A stretch of DNA of 64,000 nucleotides, taken from Octopus sinensis. Its lineage: Eukaryota. The DNA is taken from contig NC_043008.1 in NCBI RefSeq assembly GCF_006345805.1, positions 20,584,001 through 20,648,000 on the forward strand, read 5' to 3'. Position numbers and translations under genes: made by a program. Under the pieces are notes generated by a model. The model was given only the letters and a program-made list of their open reading frames with translations. It was not told the origin of the DNA and ran no database searches. Positions 42,135 to 55,346 of the stretch are shown one piece after another. The number at the start of each line of letters is the position of its first letter. Positions within the stretch are counted from its first letter, which is position 1.

Positions 42135-42650
42135 GGTACTTGTTATTTCCCTTAGGTTGTTTAAATAAAATATTAGTAATATATAGTAGTAAGAAGGATC
42201 CATTGGAAGGGCGCTATTACCGATTTATTCAACAAACAAAGTATGTCACGAGGTTTCCAAACATGAGTTCTACTCACGTGTCAAATAAAGTATAAAAGTA
42301 ATATTGTCTGCAAAAATTAGAAATAGAACAGACAAAAAATCAATATTCAAAGAAATCGAACATAAACAATAATATCGGTTATTTCCCTTGAGTGCTTAAA
42401 AATATTGTGCAGGTGCTATGGGTTATTTCCTTTGGGTGCTTAGAAAATTTTCTTATATGTGGTAAATATTAAGGTCCCTTCCAGGGGCCGTATTATCGAC
42501 TTTTTGAACAATCTATGTATGTCCCGAGGTTTCCAGACATGGGTTCTACTCACGTGTAAAGTTTCATCAAAATCAATAAAACGCTGTAGGAGGAGATAGC
42601 TAACAACGCCACAAACAAACACACCGATTGTCCATATATGAGTAGATACA
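42135..42650 (+). mobile_element. Possible Helentron-associated/DINE-1-like non-autonomous element 3' part
   Basis: aagtttcatcaaaatc...tgtaggaggagatagc...caaacaaaca...tagat resembles the 3' core of such elements; internal duplications (42208-42280 vs 42485-42556; ttatttccct x3). Confidence 0.45.
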
Positions 42651-43499
42651 AAAACAGCCATACAAATAATCCAATAATACTATTCCACATATATTAAAAT
42701 AGCCATACTAACAATTTAACATCACCTGGGCAGTACCATTCAGTCCGGCGGTGTGACTAGCACTAATATAAGTGTTGTTTGAGAACAAACAAACGAAAGA
42801 ATCTACAATTTTCAAACACATTTCCCCTATGTACAGCCATATCGGTAAATAAATTCAATAAGTAAATTACATCGAACTCCTTAACACGTAACTAAACAGT
42901 GACAATCCATTAAGCCATGCAAAAATTAAAATCCCTACCGTCTTCCATAGTATAATATAAAAGTGACAGCTTAATGACCACCTTCATGCAATCAATCAAT
43001 TTATCGGCAGGATTAAACACTAACTTTAATAAAACTACAACAAAGAAACATATAAAACAATGTACATTTTATCGGTATTAACAGTAAACTGCAATAACTA
43101 AATTACATGCTAAATCGCGACCAATCTTTAAGTCCATACAAATAATAATCCCACCAGCCTTCCATAGTTACTACTATGATAAAAGTTAAAACTTTATATA
43201 AGTCTATCCAAAACAATACAAACACGATTGAAATTAATTTAACTAATAATATAATAATTATGAGTGAAATACATTATTTCATCATTCAAAAGTTAATGAT
43301 AAAACACTCCATACTCATTTGTTACTGGTAATATTAAATTACCAGTAACAAATAAAGGTTAATTTTATTAAATAGGAACTAACAAAAGTACCCAGTTATT
43401 AAACTCCTCCAGTTTAACCTTATATGTGAAACTTAAATTAACTATGAACTTATTAATGGCTTTTAATATAACTTTCTTTAAATTATGTTTACTAATTTT

Positions 43500-44330
43500 A
43501 CCTTGTTATCTTGTCCCTTTCCTCATAATCTCCCTTAGTTCTTTATTTTTATAATATCCAAATTTCCTGCACAAGCATGCTCTATTTCTTTATAACACAA
43601 TCCCGAATTAGCACATTCACAATTTCCTAAGTATATTTCTTTGAAACCTCCAAAACTGATTTTAGGTAGGAGCTTATTATAATTAGGTATTACATATCTT
43701 CTTAACAAGCTTTTAACAAATCTTGACATTTATATGTCTAATATTTTCTAGGAAATGGCTTTTTGTTTTATCATTTCTAATTACATTACTTAAATTAACC
43801 GCATCGATGAAATTACTAACATACTGTATTTTTAAAAATTCAACTTTAATATTGTTGGTTTTCACTTTAGCCTTTTGCATTAACTTATTACAAAAGTGCC
43901 CACTAAAAAACTGACTTCAGATTATTCTCTTTGTCATATCTCCATTATATTTAAGTCTGGTCTAAGAACATTCTCTTAACATTATATAACAACCGTAATA
44001 TTTTTTTATATGTAAATCATTAAGTTTAGCCCAAACCGAAGAGACATCCTTTCCAACCTCATTTCTTCTTTTGATCCCGCGCTCATGGCTACGTTTCGTT
44101 CTGACCACTGGTTGTGAGAAATATATTCCTCCTGTATCAGCATTACTAGATACGTTCCCTACACTTAAAATTTTATCATTCTAGACCTAGCGGGTATATG
44201 CTACACGATACCTTAGCCCAATACCATTTCTTCCTCTAAAAGTCTCTGTCTAACATTATTCACACTGTCATGTTATGCAAATTACTGAGCATTCCTCAGA
44301 CACCTGCACACTCAAAGTCATTCTTAGCAT
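43500..44330 (-). mobile_element. Decayed Penelope-like element, Naiad-type order (endonuclease N-terminal to the RT)
   Basis: Minus strand gives YWAKVSCSIYPLGL/NDKILSVGNVS...RTKRSHERG (end of GIY-YIG), then CECANSGLCYKEIEHACAGNLDII/ELREIMRKG (Cys/His linker preceding the RT). Recognised from memory of such proteins. Confidence 0.6.
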
Positions 44331-44747
44331 GACATAGTGTGTGAGAAGACATTACCATTTGAATTACAGGTGCAATCCACCCGAGACGGTTCTCTACAAT
44401 TTTCTTCTACTTAATTTCCTTCACAAAGCAAAAGTCCACCGGATTCTGCAGATGCCCTTGACACTACACAGAAGGATTCAACCAGAATCTAGTAGTAGCA
44501 AAGTAAACTTTTTATCAATTCGGCCATACAGAGCCGATTTGTGTTTGTGTTTTGGGAAGGATCTCTGTATACGAAGAAATTGTATTCGTAGGTATTATGT
44601 GCTAGAGGCTGCGTGATGGTTGTAGGTTGGCTGTATGAAGAATTGTATATAGGTTGGTGTCATCTAGCGGCAGGTACTATATTTTATTTAACAAACCACA
44701 GACTAGTATAAAAATTTCGAGGACTCCGTTGTCAACACTCTGGTATT

Positions 44748-45078
44748 ATATGCGCCTATCATCAGACAATTTGAAAGCCGGTTTTAACTAACCTCTTATC
44801 GTATGTAAACATGAACAGAATATTTAAAGCTTAAGAAGAGATTAAGGACATCACAATCGCGAAAGGCTCCCGTAATCTGCCTCGAAATAAAAAAATGTTT
44901 TCTGTATTATGTAGAATTGTTCTGTTCCCTACGGGGTATACAGGAGTTGAGAGTAACGGAGCCTTTCGCAGGCACTGTGTCCGTCTCGAGTATTGGTTCT
45001 TCTGCTCATATTTTTTACATACTAAGCAGGTTTAGCTAAGACTGATTTTTGGTTCGTTTAATCATAGGCGAATGTATT
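44748..45078. mobile_element. Old MITE-like fold-back element
   Basis: Nested inverted motifs: cgcctat/ataggcg, tatgtaaa/tttacata, gcgaaaggctcc/ggagcctttcgc. Confidence 0.6.
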
Positions 45079-46012
45079 ACAATAGAGTGCACAAAATTTT
45101 TATTCAATAATACATTTAGTAGGTTAAAAATTTGAAAAACGCTGAGTGTTGAGCTTAGTATCAGGTGCTTCAAAATTGCATTGGTTGATGATGGATAGTA
45201 ATCGCAATGCTATAATTTATTGCGTGGAGAAGGAATCATTAAGTTAGTCGGTGAAGAAATTAATAGCACATCAGATTTGCTAGAGAGAACATTGAACATT
45301 TGAAAAGCAATGTTTCAACAACTACAGAATGTTCACACAATCTGTGACAGTAAGAAAAAAAAGCAGAGGTGAAATTTCCCGAAAAATTTGAAATTTTGTT
45401 ACAATGCCAAAAAAAAGAAAAAAAGTCAAATTAATCCTATTGAAAATATAATTTTTCTTTCTTTTATTACAATATTAAGTAAATATTCGTTTGGGAGGGT
45501 GTACAACGAGTAAGATCAGCAGACAATTTCTCTCCGTCTGTTCGGTTGATCTTATCCGCTGGGACCTTCGTCGTCGTAACCGACAGCGTGCTCCTTTATA
45601 TATATATGTACCACATTTATTTATCAAAGCAAGCACCATAACTCCTTCCATTGGCTCATAAGGTTGGTTTCCTGGATTCTGTTTCGTATAAAGACTCCTT
45701 TCCTTTATTGTTATTTTATATGGTCTGTTTTAGTAGACTGTATTCATGAATCTATTTGTGGATTCATGGAGTATGTTACGTTGTTATAAGATAAATGATC
45801 CAGCCAGAGATACTGCAAGCGAATCGATATTTACAATACTAAAAGTATGTACGGTTAGCGATACTATTCAACAAACTTTGCCATGCAGATTCCAAAGACG
45901 ATGTACATGGGAGAAACCCCTTTGTGAGAAGAACCACTCAATCAAGACTAACGTTGGGTTTGATAGCATCAGGAACAGCAGTTAACTATTTTACTCTTTC
46001 AATTTGCTCATG

Positions 46013-46401
46013 ATGTTGTTGCTATTGCTGTTGAGCAAACGGTCCTCATCCCAGAGCTCGCAAGATGGGAGAATTCCGAAACGTGGTCCTTTGCTATTCG
46101 TAAGACCCGCAGAAGAGAAAGCAGGTCAACCCCCGACACCGAGAGCATCGATGGATGGATGAATACGCATCCAGGCTTAGCGGTTGCGTAGGAAGACGGG
46201 GGACAAGAAACAGGAAGTAAGAGTGAGAGAAAGTTGGGGCGAAAGAGTACAACAGGGGTCGCCACCACCACCTGCCGAAGCCTCGTGAAGCTTTAGGTGT
46301 TTTTGCTCAATAAACACACACAACGCCCGGTCTGGGAATCGAAACCACGATCATCCGACCGCGAGTCCGCTGCCCTAAACACTGGGTCATTGCGCCTCCA
46401 C
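46013..46401 (-). mobile_element. Modular tRNA-derived SINE, tail type C
   Basis: Shared head/body 46205-46401, unrelated tail ending in (CAA)-like repeats; possible short TSD ctcatg. Confidence 0.88.
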
Positions 46402-47287
46402 TACTCATGCTGCTCAGAGAGTCTACTATTCTCATCTTGCAGTACCCATTGATTTATAGTTCCGTGGCTCCATACGTTAGTCGAGTAACTTGCCCACACA
46501 GATAACGCCTGAGCCAAATTATTCCACCTAATAACGTTCGCCTCTATTGGCTTTCGTTTTTTTTTTGTTTTTTACCCTACCAACTGGTTAATGTATGCTG
46601 TCACGGTTCATGCTATATACTTCAAAGTAATAACTTCATGTAAATATTTAAATATTGTATGCAATAATTTTTCTCATATGTTAAGTGTAATATTTTCTAG
46701 TCGATGATTTAGTTTTTCCAGATTTTTCGCTTTATGTATTTTACTGATCTCGGCGAGGAAAAGGAAAACATAATTCAAATAGAATCGTAGTGAAAATCAG
46801 GATCTCATAGATCATCGAACTGGTGATCTGCCAGTTTTTTTGTTTTTTTTTCTTGCTTCACCAATATTCAGATTAGATAACAAGCTGTCTTAGGAGGGGG
46901 TTTATCTCCCGAATTGACTAAATTAAGAAAAACAGATAAACATATAAATATTTTGATATACAGTAATATGAATTAAATAAAGATTGTTTAATCGTTATGA
47001 AAACTGCATCGGCGGAGATTTTTAGAGATTTTAATGGTTGTTAAACGTCATATTTTGCGCTGCTTTTTAATCGTTTTATTTTCAGAGGGGTTATGCGTAT
47101 CTATGTGTGTTTATGTATGTATGTATGTATCTGGGAGTATGTATGTGTGAGTATGTATGTGTCAGTATATATGTGTGTGTGTTTCTGTGTGTGTGTGTGT
47201 GTGTGTGTGTGGTGCATAAAGCGAAACAACTCGTGAGTGCGTTGACTAACATCAAATATATTACTCACTAGTGCTACACCGAAAAGG

Positions 47288-47850
47288 CCCCGAGTTGGCA
47301 GAATCGTTAGCACGCCGGGCGAAATGCTTTGTAGTATTTCGTCTGCCGCTACGTTCTGAGTTCAAATTCCGCCGAGGCCGGGATCGATTAAATAAGTACC
47401 AGTTACGCACTAGGGTCGGTATAATCGACTTAATCCACTTGTCTGTCCTTGTTTTCCTCTCTGTGTTTAGCCCCTTGTGGGTAGTAAAGAGATAGGAATT
47501 TCGTCTGCCGCTATGTTCTGAGTTCAAATTCCGCCGAGGACCACTTTGCCTTTCATCCTTTCGGGGTCGATTAAATAAGTACCAGTTACGTACTGGGGTC
47601 AATATAATTGACATAATCCGTTTGTCTGTCCTTGTTTGTCATCTCTGTGTTTAGCCTCTTGTGGGCAGTAAAGAAATAAGAATCGTTAGCACACCGGATT
47701 TAGCGTTCTGAGTTCAAATTCCGCCGAGGTCGCCTTTGACTTTCATCCTTTTCGATGCACCAGTTGTGTACTGGAGTCGGTGTAATCGACCAGCCACTTC
47801 ATCCAAAATTTCAGGCCTTTGTACCTAAAGTAGAAGGGAGTATTATTATG
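47288..47850 (+). mobile_element. Trimeric array of the Meta/MESC-like SINE
   Basis: Unit restarts near 47495 and 47680; the last unit has the alternative tail. Confidence 0.87.
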
Positions 47851-48666
47851 AACAACAATAGTAATGATACACGTAGAGGCAATCTACCGCTCTTAAAATT
47901 TCTATCAGATTCAATCGACTTTACTATCTTTTCAAAATTTGCAATACTATCTGACATTGGTATTGTTTCGCTACCTAAAACTAGGCCTTTGGAATTGTTC
48001 AATTGTTTAATAAAATTTGTTCACTCAATTTTACTTGGTCACTAACTACAGTCGACAAGTTACAGCTTACATTTCAAGAAAACTTAGAGGTGAAATTTGC
48101 AAAGAAATATCTGCCGTCGCAAAACCCCGTGGTATAATATTATATAACACTATTAAATATTTCAGTAAATTTATTATGAAATCAGAATATTAGCTGAAAC
48201 AGCAGCTGTAGCAGTGCATGAGTAACAGCAACTGTCTTGGTTTCTCATATAAGAATTGTAACTATTGATTTGTCTGCTGCACCTCGAGCAGAGTTATTTA
48301 TCTTTCAACTGCATACCATACTTCAAGATGCCATAAATAGAATCGCGAATACGGTCCATCAAAACAAACTACAAATACACCGTGAATATAAGAGCTTGTA
48401 CTCGCTCGGTAGGCATGTTAGAAATAGCAGCTAAATTTCCCTCAGACAGCAACAGTATTTGTGAGTGTGTGTGTGTTTTCATTTTCTTTTCTTGTATAAC
48501 ATTTCAAACGTTTATTTTTATTATTTTTGAAATTCAGTATTGATCTCAGCAGGATTTGACCTCATACATCAACCCTTAAATTAAAAAGAAAAAAGGAATA
48601 ATCCGAAAGAGACAGCGGTGGTGGTGGTGGTGGCCTTTATCGACTTCGTCGTCATTCTTGTTGGTG

Positions 48667-49159
48667 TCTTCTTCTTCTTCTTCCTCCAGTTAGGACTAAA
48701 CGCCATTAGCCACAAAGAATAATCTCTAATTCGAGCCAACTCTAAGCTACTAAGAATGCGTGTGGCAACTTCAAGATCCACCCACCACACGGGATAGACT
48801 GGCGGTTGCACGGGCGCGAAAGCTACGTTGTTATCCCCATTTCGTAAACGGTCGCTTTTAACGGGTTGAGTGCTGAACCATCCTGGGGTACAGAGGATTC
48901 GCAATCTGGACTAGGGTCTGAAAGTTTACCATACCATAGTGGGTTAGGCTATGGTTCCTGCGTTTTGAGGCAGAAGTAGGACGAAAGAGTGAGAGAAAGT
49001 TGTCGTGAAAGAGTTCACCAGGGTTCACCCCGCCCCCTGTTCACTCATGGAGCTTAGGTGGTTTTGCTCAATAAACACACGCAATGCCCGGTCTGGGAAT
49101 CGAAACCGCATTCTTACGACCGCGAGTCCGCTGCCCTAACCACTGGGCCATTGCGCCTA
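48667..49159 (-). mobile_element. Modular tRNA-derived SINE, tail type D
   Basis: Shared head/body 48985-49159, about 320-bp unrelated tail ending in (GAA)n; imperfect TSD ca(t/c)tcttgttg(g/t)tg. Confidence 0.85.
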
Positions 49160-49499
49160 CACTCTTGTTGTTGACTGCTGGCGAGGATTCACTTGTTGAA
49201 ATCAACTCCAATTACTTGAGCCTTGATTTAACGTGTAAGCGAGCGTGTAAGCAATCCACAATCACACATTAGTTTTAACGTAATTCTCCGGCAGAGTCAA
49301 TGTGGCATGATGTGTGACCTGGTTATAACCTTTAAATTTCTCGTAAATCTACACGACTGGTTCCCATGCGATTTTCTGTCAAACCAAATTTATTTACAAT
49401 GTATCGCTATTGGAAAATTACATATGAAAAGTACAGCATTGACTAACACAAGAAATACCTTGCAAGTGAAAGTATGTATTTTAGTGATTTAATAACCCT

Positions 49500-49965
49500 T
49501 TTTGTTTTTCACAATATACCTTTTTTGCAAGATTGTATATAAGGACACAGGGAAAAAATGTGTCAAAGCTATCAGGAGGCGTTCGATACTTCCTAGGGCT
49601 ATACAGCGGTGGTGTACCCCCTACTGTCACGTTCTTGTTAGATTGACAGTATACAACCTTTTTTTTATTTCTTATCTAACCAGGAAGTCGAGGATCTCAT
49701 CACAGGCTGATAAAACCGCCAACTGTTACCAAGTAAAGCAGTACTACTAAATCGCCACCCCGCTCCTATTGACTAACTTATCTAGTGTGTACTTTTAGTC
49801 ATTTAATAATCTTTTTTTTTTCACAATATACCTTTTTTATTTCTTATCTAACCAGGAAGTCAAGGATCTCATCACAGGCTGATAAGACCTCCAGGTCTCC
49901 AAGTGGTACCAAGCAAACCAGTACTACTAAATTGCCACCCCACTCCTATTGACTAGCTTATCTAC
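49500..49965. repeat. Diverged tandem duplication; the first copy carries an extra 140-bp segment
   Basis: ttttcacaatatacctttttt...tatttcttatctaaccaggaagtc...ctcctattgacta occurs twice. Confidence 0.85.
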
Positions 49966-50160
49966 TTGTGGAAATCAATGGAAAACTACCTCAATGTCTC
50001 TGCTAAGAAAACACAATAAGGAGAGGAAATCAGAACAAAAGAACGCTATAGCTTCATCCGATGTGAGGAATCGCGCTTAATTGAGAAGGCTTGCGCTGTA
50101 GGATTATTAACGCGGTGAAAAGTTCGTATGATGCACAACGAGGATGACGACCTAATCTAA

Positions 50161-50230
50161 AGGTATGACGTAGTGGTTAAGGGCGCGGGCTAATAATCCC
50201 AAAAATTGCAAGTTCGATTCTAGGCAGTGA

Positions 50231-50268
<38 letters not shown>

Positions 50269-50361
50269 GTAATAAAAATAATAATAGTAGTAATAATAAT
50301 AATAATGATAATAATAATATATAATAATAATAATAACAATAATAATAATAATAATAATATA

Positions 50362-50398
<37 letters not shown>

Positions 50399-50434
50399 TA
50401 ATATATAATAATAATAATAACAATAATAATAATA

Positions 50435-50471
<37 letters not shown>

Positions 50472-50700
50472 TTAATAATAATAATAATAATGATAATAAT
50501 AACAACATCGAAAAATACCTTAGGAATGAGAACCCTGGTTCGAAATTTCCCCAAGACACCTGAAGAAGGCTGGAGGGCATACCAGCCGAAATGTTGTGTT
50601 AACAACAAACAAGATGAGGACAAATATCCGTCGAATGTAAATAATGTAAACAATGTACATAGTTCCTCATCTCTTAAATATAGAACTGGAAGATATTTTT
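50161..50700 (+). mobile_element. tRNA(Ile-AAT)-like head + (AAT)n + minimal hammerhead + hairpin (SINE/retrozyme hybrid candidate)
   Basis: A box TGACGTAGTGG (50166-50176), anticodon-like loop CTAATAA (50190-50196), B box GTTCGATTC (50212-50220), (AAT)n 50235-50500, hammerhead 50556-50599, first T5 at 50696. Confidence 0.7.
50556..50599 (+). ncRNA. Minimal type I hammerhead ribozyme motif
   Basis: acac-CTGAAGA-a-ggctgg agggcata ccagcc-GAAA-tg-TT-gtgt: stem I 4 bp, stem II 6 bp, intact catalytic boxes. Confidence 0.82.
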
Positions 50701-51655
50701 ATTGATAATTTCAGTAGTTAAGAAAATAACTGAAATATAAAGAGCACTATTTAGGATTTTCTTTGTTTCGAAGTAGGCATAGCAATGGGGTTTTGTACGT
50801 TCGCATTCCTTTTGCAGGGCCACGGTTTCTATCCTATTATACAAAACCTTTGAATAAATCTCTTCTTTCGGGTTGATCAACGCCTTACAAATGAAACGTG
50901 GTGAAGTTGATGGAGTTGTGTGAATTCTGGATGAAGTGAAAATTCTTGTTCCTCAGTGATATATTAAATGTCCTCCGATTTAATTCACACATCTAGCATT
51001 TCTTCTCTTACAGTAGAATTCATTGCAGTATTCGAGCCAAGTCTCCAATCAGACGTTAATTTTTTTCTATCCTTTCACTAATCACGGGGTTCCTATAAAC
51101 GTCCGTGAGCACTGTGCTTCTTCCTCTGATTAAACTATGACATTGTCATGCATAATTACCTAGTCTGTTGATAAGATTATATAACCGAAATCATAAATGA
51201 TAATCGAAACGTTTCTCACTTATATTCGAGGGAATTACACAGGAAATATAGTCAAAATCTCTCCACTAAAGCAATTAAATCAGACAATTACATCCAAATT
51301 TGTCGTCAAAGATATCGATCAACGGGAGACCAACTGTATTAAATGAAGTAACAGACTAAATATTCTGAAGAATACATGTTTCTGAGAAGTATTAGCTAAG
51401 CACGGAAATAGCTGTGATAGAAAACTTACCATGTAATTGACATTATTAGCTATATGACCAGAGGTTTTCTACTGTAAATAGGTATTATGAACGTCTGTCG
51501 ATATAAGAGAGCTGAATGCTTGAATAGCATAATGAAATAACTGTTCAGGAAATATTTGTTCAACTCTAAAAACTTTTGACTGTATTTTATATTTTCATGA
51601 GAGAATCTTGTAAACAGTTATTTAACTGTTGCAGTAAGTTATACATTATGATCGT

Positions 51656-51890
51656 TAAGGCGGCGAGCTGGCAGACACGTTAGCGCGCCGGGCGGAATCC
51701 TTAGCGGTATCTCGTCTGTCGTTACCTTCTGAGTTCAACTTCCGCCGAGGTCGACTTTGCCTTTCATCCTTTCGGGGTCGATAAATAAAAGTACCAGTTT
51801 CGCACTGGGGTCGATGTAATCGACTTAATCCCTTTGTCTGTCCTTGTTTGTCCTCTTTATGTTTAGCCCCTTGTGGGCAATAAAGAAATA
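51656..51890 (+). mobile_element. tRNA-SINE with Meta/MESC-like domain, monomer with TSD
   Basis: Family match; flanked by the direct repeat tatacattatgatcgtt (about 51640-51656 and 51891-51907). Confidence 0.92.
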
Positions 51891-52963
51891 TATACATTAT
51901 GATCGTTTCTTCATTTATCTGTGCTCTATGTAGGGGGATCTATTTCTCATAGCTTATAATCATTGACACAGAGCTAAGCTCTCCTCCTTGTGCTATTCCT
52001 TATGAAGCGTAAGGGGCAGATATTTTATATGTGCATGGTTACCGTTTATACAAACTAAAGGATAAAAGCATTTGATATGTAAAAAGTGTTAGAAAAATGA
52101 ATGAAAATCACTCAGAAACCATAGTAACTAATTATGACATCTCTAAAATGGTAACGTGTTAGAAATAGTTGATGTATTCTCGGAAATCACATTTTACCGC
52201 ATGCAATATATAAAAGCACATTGGACGATATATTAATGGCAAGATAGACACGGCTGGAAACTCTTTAGTCATCCATTTTCTCAACCAGCCCTGAACTAGG
52301 ACCAAGCGAGAACAAGAATGACACTCATAGGGATTCCTAGTCCAAATATTCTTTAGGAGACGTCAAACTGTCATCGTTTTAGGAGACGTCAAACTGTCAT
52401 CGTTTAATGTCACGAGTATTGCATCATGTCTGGTTTTAGTTACTTCTCATGTGACACACAGAAAATGTGTTACAATAATATGTGACATTCCTCCTGTCTC
52501 CTTAATCTATGCGGCACATATGCTGGTTAGAACACTGATTATTGTTTGCAGACGAGAGCGGAAATGTTTGTCGGTGAAGTAAAGTATATGAGATTAATTC
52601 TGAAGACGACTGTTAAATGCTGTATTAACTCAAATGAGAGAAAAGATTCAAAACTGTTGAACAACATTCAGCCTTCATCTATGAACAAAACAAACCAACT
52701 ATATAAAAAGAGAAGAGGGCAGTAAATTTCTGGTTGACAAATAAATATACTTCAATGTTTTCACGGTCAATTCCCAAGTCACGCTTCCATTATTTCAATG
52801 CATGTGTATACATACATGTATATATGTATGTATGCAGGCATCTATGTATTTATGTATGTATTTATGTATGCATAAATATTATGTATGTATCTATGTATAT
52901 ATGCATGTATGTATCTATATCTATCTATCTGGCTGTCTGTCTATCTGTCTATCTATCTATCTG

Positions 52964-52994
<31 letters not shown>

Positions 52995-53775
52995 GTCTAT
53001 CTAAGTCTCCCCTAAGTACATGTACGTGTGTGCGTGCGCGCGCATTTGAGAAATATTTTCTTAGATTAAAGGTTATTAATTGTATGAGAAATCTTTGGCA
53101 AAAATAGAACGAATGCGTCTTTCCAAAAGAATTGAATTATGCTGTTTATTTTTTTTTTTGTTCTTTTTAATTGCTTTGTTAAACATAAATAATACTTAAT
53201 TTAAGAAACCCTTTCATCGGATATTTTGACGGCATCGAGAATTCTTCCTAAAAAAAACTTTTTGAATTATATATAATAACATTTTGAAAGTTATATATTG
53301 CTTGAAATGTTTGCTATTTCCGAGATTCGAAAAATATTATTTTTATCCTCCAAATTAAGGACATGGTATAAAACAACCAAAACACAAAACAAACTTCGAA
53401 AAATATGGAAATGATACGTATAAAAAACAAAACAGACGTACTGACATGTGTAAAATCAAAGCAGACATACTTATACGTGTAAAATCAAAGCAGACATACA
53501 ATTTAGAAAAGAATGGAGATTTAACAAGCTAAAATTGGCACCTGAATTTAAAACAAAAGAATTGACCTCTCTAATTCAAATATTTAATATGTCCAATCAG
53601 TTCGACTTGTTTAACTCCAGCGACTTTCTAGAAATTGAGTTATAAAATGAAACGTTCTGCAATCAAAATGGTATGTAATTTAAAGATAAAGAACGAAATC
53701 CGAGACATTGGTTTTATTTCAGGAATAATAAGTATGTTCTCTATATGACTCTTCTCTCTTCTTTCTTTCTTTCTT

Positions 53776-53814
<39 letters not shown>

Positions 53815-54532
53815 TCTGTACATATATATACACACACAGACACACACACCCGCACACACACACACATAATATGGGTGGCTAATGAGCAAATTTAAAAATT
53901 TGAAGCCAGGAATATACATGCCACTAAAGTAACACAGGGCACGACGCAGTGGTACCACTATTGCTAGAAATAAGAGTCAAAGCATCTCAATAGCCACAGA
54001 AACACTATCTTAATAAGTGCTCATCTTACTGTCGAAAATATACACATATCATCAACAAAGCCACCTGAGTTTAACCAGAGGTGCGATGAGAGATAACGAT
54101 GAGTTTTAAGAAGCCTTAAGCATCAAAATACGAAATCAATGAGGATCTGGCTATATCTGCGACCATACAGAGTTGCTTCCCTTCTTGGTCCTTAAGAGAG
54201 TGCTTCTGGGGCTTTGGGTTTGTTTTGACTGTTATTTCTAGCAATACTGGTGCTAATCAGTGCAATTTGTCACTTTAGTTACGTATGCATATATATATAT
54301 ATATATATATATTGTGGTTATGAGAGGTAATGGTGTCAATAAGACCCAAAGGTGTCAGGTAATGCTGAGTAAGTGCTATGGGCAGATCATAGTTAAGTTC
54401 CAGGTTCGGTGATTATGCGAATGAGGAGTCCAACGTAGGTCATATATCAGCATGTATATATATGAAAATAATTAACAGAATGAGATAAAAATCCAAGGCT
54501 ATGAAAGATTTTAGAACATTTATAAATAGAAG

Positions 54533-54580
54533 GTCTTACAGCTGTTTCCGGGACACTTTATATATCCTTTCATCGGAGAC
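54533..54580 (-). ncRNA. Minimal hammerhead motif (core U>C variant)
   Basis: gtct-CCGATGA-aa-ggata tataaag tgtcc-cg-GAAA-cagctg-TA-agac: stem I gtct/agac, palindromic stem III. Confidence 0.72.
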
Positions 54581-54769
54581 GGTGTGAGAAACTGGTTAAG
54601 TATTAGTTATTCTAGATAATATATGAAATAGAAAGTGAAGTGGAAGAATTAAAACAGACGTGAGATATGCAGGGATAGTGTATATTTAGTTCCGTTATTT
54701 AAGCAGAATGGTATACATATCAGTTTCCAGTATCTTGCGAGTAAGTTCCAATAGTATTTAAAATTGGTC

Positions 54770-55112
54770 ATGCATACCAGTCACCCCATTTGTAAAACTA
54801 CAAAGTAGAAGATAGATATCCCAGTTTAACTTGATTTCGCTTTCTAGGCTGAATAGACATATAAGGTTCATCAGCGAGGCTTATTACGTAAACTATTTAA
54901 AAGAATATATTTACCATTCCCTGTGCGTCTGTTCAGCTGAAGGCACAGCAACTTCCGAACGAACATTAGCGAGCAAGTATAACTTCAAAATTCAAATAAG
55001 TTATAATTGGTACATTGTCTGTGGGTGTTAACATATAGTGAAACATGCGTGAATTGGAGAGATTTTACTCTTCTTTCTAGCAAGCAGGCGCATAATGTAC
55101 CCTGACTTTTAA
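54770..55112. mobile_element. MITE-like element related to 21203-21892
   Basis: Shares tagatatcccagt...atatatttacc...tgttcagct.aaggc...aacattag and a right end tgtaccctgactttta. Confidence 0.65.
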
Positions 55113-55137
55113 TACATATAAGTATATATATATCCGC

Positions 55138-55186
<49 letters not shown>

Positions 55187-55295
55187 ATATATATTAATAC
55201 ATATAAATAATACATATATATATATATATATATACATTTACATTATATATATATATATATATATACACATAAATACGTTATATATATATGTTTAT

Positions 55296-55346
<51 letters not shown>

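Noticed and set aside
52352-52405. Short tandem duplications (also about 15100-15142 and 53448-53500)
   Set aside because: Ordinary 20-30-bp slippage duplications.
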